NCBI GenBank assembly: GCA_040954595.2
Contig: CM082579.2
Span: forward strand, 12,711,834 to 12,775,833
DNA from: Balanoglossus misakiensis
Taxonomy: Eukaryota; Animalia; Hemichordata
Direction: 5' to 3'
DNA length: 64,000 bases
A program made the translations under genes and the position numbers. The notes beneath the pieces were generated by a model, which did no database searches, had not been told where the DNA came from, and saw only the letters and a list, made by a program, of their open reading frames with translations. Shown one piece after another: positions 24,301 to 31,816 of the stretch. Within the stretch, counting starts at the first letter, position 1. Each line of letters starts with the position of its first letter.

Positions 24301-25682
24301 TCAACCGTGACCTATACTTCATTGAGGAGGGAGTACTGTGGAGAAAGTCGGCCACAGATGAAAACACCAAACAACTAGTCATCCCTAATACCGTGAAAAA
24401 TGAAGTTATACGGTTGAATCATGATATTCCATCTTGTGGGCACCAGGGAATACAGCGCACTCAAGCCAGAATCAGGACCAAATACCATTGGTATAGGATG
24501 TCCCACGACATCCGCAAGTATGTCACAATGTGTGCAATTTGCAATCACAACAAGAAAGCACACAGACACCACCGACATCAGCTGACCCTATTTCATGCGG
24601 GGGCAGCGATGGAACGAGTTCACTTGGATTTCCTAGGGCCGTTACCCAAGACACCTCGGGGTAATGAGTATATCCTGGTAATGGTAGATCAATTCACCAA
24701 GTGGGTAGAATGTATACCGCTGCCAACACAAAATGCTGAGGAAACAGCACACGCCGCAGTAGCTGAATTCTTTACCAGGTTCGGGTATCCATTTGAAATT
24801 CACACTGACCAGGGAAGAAACTTTGAAAGTCAGTTATTTTCAGCGATTTGTGAGATTCTTCATATCCATAAAACAAGAACCACTTCTTACAGACCATCTG
24901 CTAATGGCCAGGCGGAACGGCAGAATCGCACTTTGATGAACGCAATCAGATGCTACATCAAGTCACAGAAAGAATGGGATAAATTTCTCTCACAGATCGC
25001 CGGAGCTCTCCGCTCTTCAGTCAACCGCAGCACTGGTTTTACGCCCAACCGGATGATGTTAGGTAGGGAAATAAACCAGCCCGCTGATCTTGTATTCCGG
25101 CCTCCCAGGACAAACACTGACCAATCTCATGAGGGGTATGTGTACGAATTGGAGGAGGCCATAATGAATTCTCATGAGACAGCGCGGGAAATACTGAAGA
25201 CCACGCAAGAAAGAATGAAACGTGATTACGACCTCCGAGTGAACAAGCAGTCCTTCAAGGTCGGGGATCCAGTATATCTGTTGGATACCGGATCCACGAA
25301 AGGCAAATGCCGAAAACTGTGCCCACCTTGGAAAGGACCAGGGGTCATCATCACCAAAATCACACCCTATCTCTTCCGCATCAAATTGCGAAGAGAGGTT
25401 TGGACCGCCCATCACGATCGGCTAAAGCTTTGCCAGGATAAAGAGCTTCCTCGCTGGATAGTAACCTTTAGGAAGACCTTACTTAAGGACAGCGCAGGAA
25501 TGGGTGAAGTATATTGCCTTTGCAGGAAACCTGATGATGGGAAACTTATGATCCAGTGTGATTATTGCTATGAATGGTTTCATGGAGCGTGTGTGAATGT
25601 TACACCAACCGAAATTAAGAAAAAAGCACTGTTTTCTTGTCCCAACTGCAAACCAAGCGAAATAAGCACAGTTTCAGTGTAA
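21237..25682 (+). CDS. pol: Intact Pol (protease, RT, RNase H, integrase, C-terminal PHD finger), copy 1
   Basis: IIDTAAEVT protease; WCVDYRALN, MPFGLCNAPATF, FLDD RT; DTDASD, TDHHSL, NADALSR RNase H; H-H-C-C, HLDFLGP, HTDQGRNFES, NGQAER integrase; YCLCRKP..MIQCDYCYEWFHGAC..CPNC PHD. Confidence 0.95.
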   Translation: MSPWNIRKEGNSAGQSIKHQRVKPRGQSLTQQPITYGLNASTEGDRNCNIDVPSPSSESVTLDVNTHCADVYTTTIPTPTDDGTHCADVTNSTVEETKSSKTSMATSEANDMPMVVINQLVSSSMYSIPAKIGDQSATAIIDTAAEVTIISDQLYNSLRVKPPILREVTMQTAGRQLTMKANLVGPVDIQLGRAVFNADIYVAPIGDEMLLGVDFLQANGATINMSNNWLHLGEENIPMTLGQRDHSPKVAKVTLKRRTIIPPNSVVRISCLLDTDLTDYLVEPTQGLKVMMPRTLHSGEQSPKVCLVNPTENYITLNSKDPIASATEVEVITVPSPDNQQRTEVRPQPVGGLPSHLGNLFERSCSHLQADEQTQLHKLLFDYEDVFAKDEFDLGNFTAITHSVDTKDNPPIKQRLRRTPMCFAGEEEAHLKKMLNAGVIRPSISEWASAPVLVRKRDASVRWCVDYRALNNITVKDVFPLPLVEDCMDTLSGCLWFSKLDANSAYWQISINPPDCKKTAFTTKYGLYEFTRMPFGLCNAPATFSRVMNLVLRGLTWDIVLAFLDDIMVLGSSFEEHLKNLREVFKRLRKYQLKLKPRKCELFQQEVSFLGRKVGRNRISLEDQSIRMIQEWPIPINTKDVEKFAGFANYHRAFIKDYAKLAVPLYSVTGKKPFAWGYEQHQAFEDIKKALTAAPVLTLPNTKDNFILDTDASDFAIGAELSQIQNGKERTISYGSYALTPEQRRYCTTRKELLAVVRFTRQFRYYLLGNKFLVRTDHHSLLWLIRFKEPQGQLARWLEELSQYNFTVQHRPGKQHINADALSRLPEQSACTNFEHGTKLESLPCGGCNYCSRAHRNWSPFINEVDDVIPLTMAEPRSEHGNSQLHQTEGPYGVNQCTGIMDPQIQPAIQDEETWPWDPGGNLGLLTCCGITRDTVQDELIDVPHSNLEISHFPDPVQVCILSREDSTKLGTAILGYSHKEYQQAQQTDKTLGILITWLETGKVPEEGELRLSSPAAKNYWINRDLYFIEEGVLWRKSATDENTKQLVIPNTVKNEVIRLNHDIPSCGHQGIQRTQARIRTKYHWYRMSHDIRKYVTMCAICNHNKKAHRHHRHQLTLFHAGAAMERVHLDFLGPLPKTPRGNEYILVMVDQFTKWVECIPLPTQNAEETAHAAVAEFFTRFGYPFEIHTDQGRNFESQLFSAICEILHIHKTRTTSYRPSANGQAERQNRTLMNAIRCYIKSQKEWDKFLSQIAGALRSSVNRSTGFTPNRMMLGREINQPADLVFRPPRTNTDQSHEGYVYELEEAIMNSHETAREILKTTQERMKRDYDLRVNKQSFKVGDPVYLLDTGSTKGKCRKLCPPWKGPGVIITKITPYLFRIKLRREVWTAHHDRLKLCQDKELPRWIVTFRKTLLKDSAGMGEVYCLCRKPDDGKLMIQCDYCYEWFHGACVNVTPTEIKKKALFSCPNCKPSEISTVSV
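21285..21350 (+). promoter_or_regulatory. Putative -1 programmed ribosomal frameshift signal (A_TTA_AAC + H-type pseudoknot); repeated at 31777-31842
   Basis: pol is in the -1 frame of gag. Heptamer 21285-21291, 6-nt spacer, stem1 gggtcaa/ttgaccc (21298-21304/21321-21327), stem2 gaggcca/tggcctc (21310-21316/21344-21350). Confidence 0.7.
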
Positions 25683-25717
25683 CCTCATCATGTCTCTTAT
25701 TCTTTCTTGTACAGATC

Positions 25718-28588
25718 ATGGACTCCCAGCGGTATCGCGGGGGACCTCGCCCTAAGAAGCAGCATATGACCTGGCAAGAAGTGGTGGAGGCAGACCGGAA
25801 ACGGATTCTGCTTCCACCACTCGACCTCACCTACGGCATCGGGCTGGCCAAGGTCACGCTCCCTGAAAAGGAGAGGATGCTGTTACGCCAGTATCAACTA
25901 GCATCTCGGAGAGGCCATTGGCATTGGGTGGAGACTACACGCCGCGAAGCCGATGTGATCTTCTCCGAGGAATGGCTGTACAAGCATCTTCTCCATCGGG
26001 ATCCGCATAAGAACAGGATCCCGCAACGGAAGTCCCGTCCCAGCAGTACCGTCACGTCTGGACCCTGCCGTGATGTTCGCCTACAGACGCAGCCCGATCT
26101 CCCGACTGTCAAGCACCTGCTGAAGAAGTCGGGGGAGACGGTTGTAGTAGAAGACACCATGCAAGGCAGGGACCCAGTCACCTCCATCGCCTCAACATCG
26201 CGGGCATCCTCACCCCGAAGAACATCGACACAACCATCTTCTGCAGCGCCCCGTGAATTGTACTCAGCAGTAGCTGCGCGGCGACCCCTGGCAGAGCCAC
26301 GGAGAAGTACCCCCCGTGAGCCACCACGAAAGACATCAAGTACAGCAGTGCTGTACAGTACCGCAGTAGCTGCGCGGCGACCCCTGGCAGAGCCACGGAG
26401 AAGTACCCCCCGTGAGCCACCACGAAAGACATCAAGCCAGCCACGGAGAGGAACGCAGAAGATGGCGGCCACTAAACCAAAGAAGCGAGAGCGGGGTGAG
26501 GAATCTCGTTTGGAGGTGACCATACAGCGTGACGGGAAGCGGCGGCGACGCTCCGTTGTATGGATGGCACAGGAGCCGAAGGGGGTGCCGAAGTCAAAGA
26601 CCACCACGACTGCGGCGACCAATTCCTGTAGGGGTAGAAGAAGCAGAATATCTACCAACAGCCGCTCATGTACCTGCCCTATTCCAGGATGTGGGCAGAC
26701 CTCCAAACGTCTCAAACGGCACTGCTTCTTCTACCATATCGACCCCCGTCTACAGGAAAACCCCCTTATCATGCAGACAGCTGATGTTACTCATGCCCTG
26801 CTGAAGCTGGCGGGCTGGGTTTTGGGCCCCAGAGGAACTGTGACCAAGCTGCTGGAGTACTTCCTGCAACATCACTTGGAAGAAGTCCCAGCATCCTCTG
26901 CGCTCACCGAAGCCAACTGTCTGATGATGAAGCGACTGTGCCAGACCAGCGGATGGGCCGTACCACGACGATTCTCGCTGCACCCACCGAATTCACCAGC
27001 CGTCCTGCTGCATTGGAGGATTCTCGTCATCCTCCTTTCGCACCTGACTGAGGAGCAGCGGGAAGCCTTCCAACCCGTGGTACCCCCAAGGGAGCATGGT
27101 GAGTCCCGGTCTCCCACCCCAGTGGCGGAGATCACCTCGCATTCACCATGTCATCCGATGCCGGAACTGGAAGGCCCCGAGGCAGAGCACGGAGATCCTC
27201 AGTCACCTACCCTTACGGGGGAGACTGTCTCCTGCTCGCCAAGTGCAGACCAGGAAATGGTAACAGAGAATCCTGAGGCAGATCACGGCGAGCCGCGGTC
27301 ACCTACCCCTAGGGGGGAGACTGGCTCCTGTGTCGACCAGGAAATGGTTTCCGAAAATGAAGGTGAGTTCCAATCTCCAACTCATGCGAGGGAGATCACA
27401 TATTCACCTGTAGCCTCAGGAAATAGTCCGATCCATGTGGAGGACGCACACCAAGACTTGGCAATGATTATAGGTATGGGAGAAATGGAACAACCTGTTG
27501 AATCCGTGATACAGGACTCCACGTCCCAGGGAATCTCATGGGGTGATCAAGTAGAGAAAGAAATTCCATTAGACTGTACTGAAAGGATCCCACAGGCTGA
27601 GCAACCTGTTGATCACGTGATACAGGACTCAGTCCCGATCCCACCATCAGAAATTGAGCTCCCGGTTGAATACGTGATACTGGACTCAATTACAATAGAA
27701 TCCCAAGCTGACCAACCTATTGAGCAAGAGTTACAGGGGACAGCACAGGATTATCTACAATCAGACAGTCTATTGGAAGCCATGGATTCCCACTTTCATC
27801 TTGACCGAACACTGGCTCGATTTCGCGGTAGGGACTGCCCTGCAACATCAGTAGCTTTGGTTAACTGGCATAATGGCCCAAGGGCGAATTTTCCTGTCAA
27901 CATCATTGGGGGCGTCGAGGTCTTTTGCGATCCGGAGTACTACCCCATGGATTTGAACCGGCCCAAAGGTTGGAGTATCGCCATCGGGATCCATCCAAGG
28001 AAAGCTCCAAGAGCCGACGAAAGGACCTTTAAAGCCCTCAAGCGGTTTGTCACGAGCACACAGGTAGCCGCCCTTGGGGAGGTGGGTCTCGACCGCACAG
28101 AGCCAAGTAAATACTGGAGCGCCCAAGACAGGGTTCTCTCTCGAGCACTTGCCATGTGTGTGCCTGAGAAACCCTTAGTCCTGCACATTAGAGGGCCATA
28201 TGGGGACCAGTATGGGTCAGATGTGCATTGCCAAGCATTGCAATTAGTACAGGAATGGTGTTCGCCACGGCAGAAAATACATATCCACAATTTTACTGGT
28301 ACGGTCAACACTGTTCAAAGGTGGTCGAAGCGCTTCAAGAATTGTTACTTCGGTTTCTCCATCACGACCACCAAATTTGACCGTTGCCAGATTCGAGCTT
28401 TGAAGGAGGTGCCCATCGAGCGTCTGTTAATCGAAACAGATTCGCCGTATCTTGGGGGCCCTCGTGATGTAACCAGTACTCCAGCTCTTATAGGGGATGT
28501 GGCCGTGGCTGTTGCTAACTCAAGGGGGACTGATCTAGTGCACCTTCTTGAAGCAACTGTCCGTAACACCAGACGTCTATATCACTAG
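25718..28588 (+). CDS. ORF3 (~956 aa): basic repeats, CCHH-like motif, acidic linker, C-terminal TatD DNase domain (copy 1)
   Basis: TatD motifs DSHFH, IGIHP, ALGEVGLD, PLVLH, IHIHNF, LLIETDSPY at ~27780-28588. The ORF lies between pol and the PPT/LTR. ATG 25718 follows a pyrimidine tract and AG. Confidence 0.88.
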   Translation: MDSQRYRGGPRPKKQHMTWQEVVEADRKRILLPPLDLTYGIGLAKVTLPEKERMLLRQYQLASRRGHWHWVETTRREADVIFSEEWLYKHLLHRDPHKNRIPQRKSRPSSTVTSGPCRDVRLQTQPDLPTVKHLLKKSGETVVVEDTMQGRDPVTSIASTSRASSPRRTSTQPSSAAPRELYSAVAARRPLAEPRRSTPREPPRKTSSTAVLYSTAVAARRPLAEPRRSTPREPPRKTSSQPRRGTQKMAATKPKKRERGEESRLEVTIQRDGKRRRRSVVWMAQEPKGVPKSKTTTTAATNSCRGRRSRISTNSRSCTCPIPGCGQTSKRLKRHCFFYHIDPRLQENPLIMQTADVTHALLKLAGWVLGPRGTVTKLLEYFLQHHLEEVPASSALTEANCLMMKRLCQTSGWAVPRRFSLHPPNSPAVLLHWRILVILLSHLTEEQREAFQPVVPPREHGESRSPTPVAEITSHSPCHPMPELEGPEAEHGDPQSPTLTGETVSCSPSADQEMVTENPEADHGEPRSPTPRGETGSCVDQEMVSENEGEFQSPTHAREITYSPVASGNSPIHVEDAHQDLAMIIGMGEMEQPVESVIQDSTSQGISWGDQVEKEIPLDCTERIPQAEQPVDHVIQDSVPIPPSEIELPVEYVILDSITIESQADQPIEQELQGTAQDYLQSDSLLEAMDSHFHLDRTLARFRGRDCPATSVALVNWHNGPRANFPVNIIGGVEVFCDPEYYPMDLNRPKGWSIAIGIHPRKAPRADERTFKALKRFVTSTQVAALGEVGLDRTEPSKYWSAQDRVLSRALAMCVPEKPLVLHIRGPYGDQYGSDVHCQALQLVQEWCSPRQKIHIHNFTGTVNTVQRWSKRFKNCYFGFSITTTKFDRCQIRALKEVPIERLLIETDSPYLGGPRDVTSTPALIGDVAVAVANSRGTDLVHLLEATVRNTRRLYH

Positions 28589-28710
28589 GGATCAATCTCG
28601 CCAAGACCATGAGGTTGGCAGATTGCAGGGGTGGGAAAAATACGTTAACTTCTCTAGCCTTTTGAGATCCCTAGGTTGACCATCCTGCCAAAAAAGAAAA
28701 GTGGGAAGAG

Positions 28711-28964
28711 TGTAGTAATTTGTGGGCTTCTGGCCGTTGGTGGCGCCCTGCTGTACAGGTGGGACGCCTCTGACGTAATTGCACTACGGAATGCCCTGCA
28801 CCTGTGCTACTGGTTTTTACCCACGTTTCTCAACTATCAGAACCAGAACGACCCGGACCAGCAGCAGAGCAACACGCGGACTGACGACCAGCCGAAACCT
28901 CTGTGGCCCGGAATATAAAGACAACCCGTAGTACCTACCAGGTTAGTAACCGGTATCTACTACA
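28711..28964 (+). repeat. LTR-A (254 bp), central shared copy, with PPT upstream and PBS downstream
   Basis: TGTAGTA...TACTACA termini; PPT aaaaaagaaaagtgggaagag ends at 28710; PBS TGGCGCTGCGA from 28967 (tRNA-Ser-like, tentative). No difference seen from 39202-39455. Confidence 0.95.
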
Positions 28965-30142
28965 ATTGGCGCTGCGACTTTTCAACCCTAGTGGGGAAAA
29001 GGTGAAAAAACTCCGTTGGTAACTTTTTGCCAATTTTTGAGGATAAGTAGTCGGAGTACTCGCTATCGTTAAAGTTGCGTCGCGGCTTTCCGCTTGAAAC
29101 TTATAGGAGTAGTGCGGACGCCCAAGTGCTTTCAGTTTTCAACACTTGCACCAAGAAACCGTCTTCATTAGTTTTTCTGGTGGGAGACAGAGAACTAGTG
29201 GAAGTCGAGAGAAAACTGGGAACGAATCTCCAGTTGTTCCGGTAAAGCTTGTAATATTTATTGAAGTTCGGACAGCTGGGGCCAAGTTCAAGAAATTCAG
29301 TGAGAGGAATTTTCCGCTACACTGTGCCGTTTTCTTTCTGTGCACGTTTCAAGGAAAAGTTTCACAACTTATTTCTGTGTTGTTTTACGTGTACTTTGTC
29401 TTACCGTATTTTTTGTGTGTACGGGCGAACTTCCGAACACGGCAAGGTAAGATTTGCAGTTATACTTCCTAGCCCGTTATACTGCCGTTGTGTGTGTACG
29501 GGTAGCTTGGAAAGTAACTTTCTGCTAATATTGGTGCCACCATTGCATTGACGAGGAAGCCATTTCGTCAAAGAAGCCATTTTTTGTGGCAGTTCTGTAC
29601 ACCGCACCTTTCGTCATAATTTTACGTACTTTTTGTGCGGACAAGTTCCAGCTTTCGGACTTGTCTTTTATCTGTTGTTTTACTTCTGAAAAGTTTCGCT
29701 TTAACAAATTCCGCTTTGTTTCGCATTTTTACTAGTTGTACCACACAGTATCAGTACAGAACTGTAATACCTCAGCAATTGGTAAGTGTTGAAACTGTTC
29801 AATTATTCGCTATATCAATAATATTTGGTGTCGCATTGTATTACTCAGTATTATTGCGAGTTTTATTATTGTGAGCCATTCCAATTATTGTATTGTTGAT
29901 ATCAGTCGTACTTATTATCACATTATATTACTCTGTATAATTGCGGGTTCTATTATTGTTGTGATATAATTGATTGGTCATTGTCATTGATTATTCTTGT
30001 GACAAACTGATCAATTTGGGTATTGCTCAGTAAATATTACGAGTAATATCACTTTGTTAAATATTACTCTGTCCTTGTGTGGGTAATATTTTCCGACAAC
30101 GGTATCTGCAACTTCCATCTCAATAATATCTAACGCGCCATC

Positions 30143-31816
30143 ATGAAAATCAACGTCAACACCAGTACTCTAGGAACTCTTCAATGTCTACCTGGAGTGG
30201 GGCGGAAAATAGCCAAGGCGATTCTGCGATTACGTGAACGACATGGCTATGTAACATATGAGATGGTATGCAGTATTCCTAGGTTCAAAGCATCCGAAGA
30301 ATTCACGGAGATGGCCGACTTCGACCCACCAGGTGCTTCAGCCAAACCATCCATGAACACAACTACCCATCTCGCCCCGTTCTGGGAAGATGAGGAAGAC
30401 AGCGGGAAGGATAGTGATGAAGATAGCATGAAGGAATGGATGGAAAGGATTGACAAGGTCACCAAAGAACGCGAAAGCAGACATGTTCAACGACCTTCAC
30501 GACATCAACAACCCAAAGCACCTATTCGATCGAGGCGATTTGACGAACCAGACTATACGCAGGATAGGGTAAGTCAACATCATACCGACTCTCGGGGGTA
30601 TGATAGTTCATTCCATCCTGCGTACAGGCCAGATGCTCCTGCGTATGGTAGACCATATCCACGAAGTGTTCGCGATGAACAGCGATATGCGACCTGGCCT
30701 GAAGATGAGCAGAATTATCGTCCATCACGGGTGAATGTGTCCAGACCACGAGCGGGTGCATCACCGGATTATTATGATGGCCATTATCCAACAGAATTCG
30801 CTCCTCCCAGAACTCAACCCTACTACCAGCATGATAACCGGATGGACAGATCAAGTCATCGTCACATCCCAATGTCAGTTCCCAGGACGCTAATCTACGA
30901 TGGCTCCGGAAACTGGCAGGCATATCAGGTAAAATTCACGAAATTTGCCGAGATGCAGGACATGTCATTCAATGAATGCAAAAATTATCTGTGCTGGTGT
31001 TTAGAGGGGAAAGCAAGTGAAGTTTATACCAGGATCCTCCAGAAAAACGCAGACGTCAGCTATCACGAGCTGCTCAAAAAACTGGAGAAACGATTTGGCT
31101 TGAAAGAGATTCCAGAATCCAGTCAGCTTCAGTTCGCCCAGATCCGACAAAACACCGAGGAGAAATTAGAAGAATGGGCGGACAGGGTTTATTCACTTGC
31201 GATGCAGGCATTTCAAGAAAGCAGCGATGCCACCATAGAGCTTCAAGCTGTGATGCGCTTTTGCCAAGGATGTTGTGATCGAGAAGCAGGCCAATGGGCA
31301 GCAAATCAGCGTCCAACTTCCATCGAAGCAGCGATCGATACTGTCAAAAGATTCCAGTATAATCATCAAGCAATCTATGGCATCCGATCGCAGAGGCGGG
31401 AAGTACGATTTGTAAGTCCTGATCCGGAATACCCGAAAACCAACATCGAAGCACGATCTGTCTCCAGGTACGAGCGAAAACAATCACCCTCTCCTGAAAG
31501 AGCTCCCATCCGCCCGAGAGGCAAAGACGGAGGAACTGAGATGCAGGGGAGGATGTCGAGGCTGGAGACGCAGATGTCGGCAATCAGCGCAACTTTGCAG
31601 ACTGTCACCACCCAACTGGCCGAATTAACCAAAGTGGTGACAACGCAGCAGACATCAAGGTACCGATCCCCATCTCCGAGAAGCCGTGGTTGCTATGGGT
31701 GCGGCGAGATAGGCCATTTTAAGAGGGAATGTCCCCATGGAACATCAGAAAAGAAGGAAACAGCGCCGGCCAGTCCATTAAACACCAAAGGGTCAAGCCC
31801 AGAGGCCAAAGTTTGA
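30143..31816 (+). CDS. gag: Gag with HhH and CCHC knuckle (copy 2)
   Basis: Protein identical to 19651-21324. Confidence 0.9.
   Translation: MKINVNTSTLGTLQCLPGVGRKIAKAILRLRERHGYVTYEMVCSIPRFKASEEFTEMADFDPPGASAKPSMNTTTHLAPFWEDEEDSGKDSDEDSMKEWMERIDKVTKERESRHVQRPSRHQQPKAPIRSRRFDEPDYTQDRVSQHHTDSRGYDSSFHPAYRPDAPAYGRPYPRSVRDEQRYATWPEDEQNYRPSRVNVSRPRAGASPDYYDGHYPTEFAPPRTQPYYQHDNRMDRSSHRHIPMSVPRTLIYDGSGNWQAYQVKFTKFAEMQDMSFNECKNYLCWCLEGKASEVYTRILQKNADVSYHELLKKLEKRFGLKEIPESSQLQFAQIRQNTEEKLEEWADRVYSLAMQAFQESSDATIELQAVMRFCQGCCDREAGQWAANQRPTSIEAAIDTVKRFQYNHQAIYGIRSQRREVRFVSPDPEYPKTNIEARSVSRYERKQSPSPERAPIRPRGKDGGTEMQGRMSRLETQMSAISATLQTVTTQLAELTKVVTTQQTSRYRSPSPRSRGCYGCGEIGHFKRECPHGTSEKKETAPASPLNTKGSSPEAKV

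Noticed and set aside
25894-26715. 273-aa antisense ORF (and 21341-21946, plus their duplicates)
   Set aside because: Shadow ORFs of GC-rich or repetitive sense coding sequence with no recognisable motifs.
25637-28588. ORF3 as an env gene, or starting at TTG 25637
   Set aside because: No signal peptide, furin/fusion motif or TM anchor; the hydrophobic LLFFLV stretch is the translated pyrimidine tract. ATG 25718 is the better start.
19651-28588. Bacterial contamination or a comEA/tatD operon
   Set aside because: Both domains are fused within LTR-bounded gag and ORF3 frames among intron-bearing eukaryotic repeats. The ultimate origin of the domains cannot be judged without a tree.
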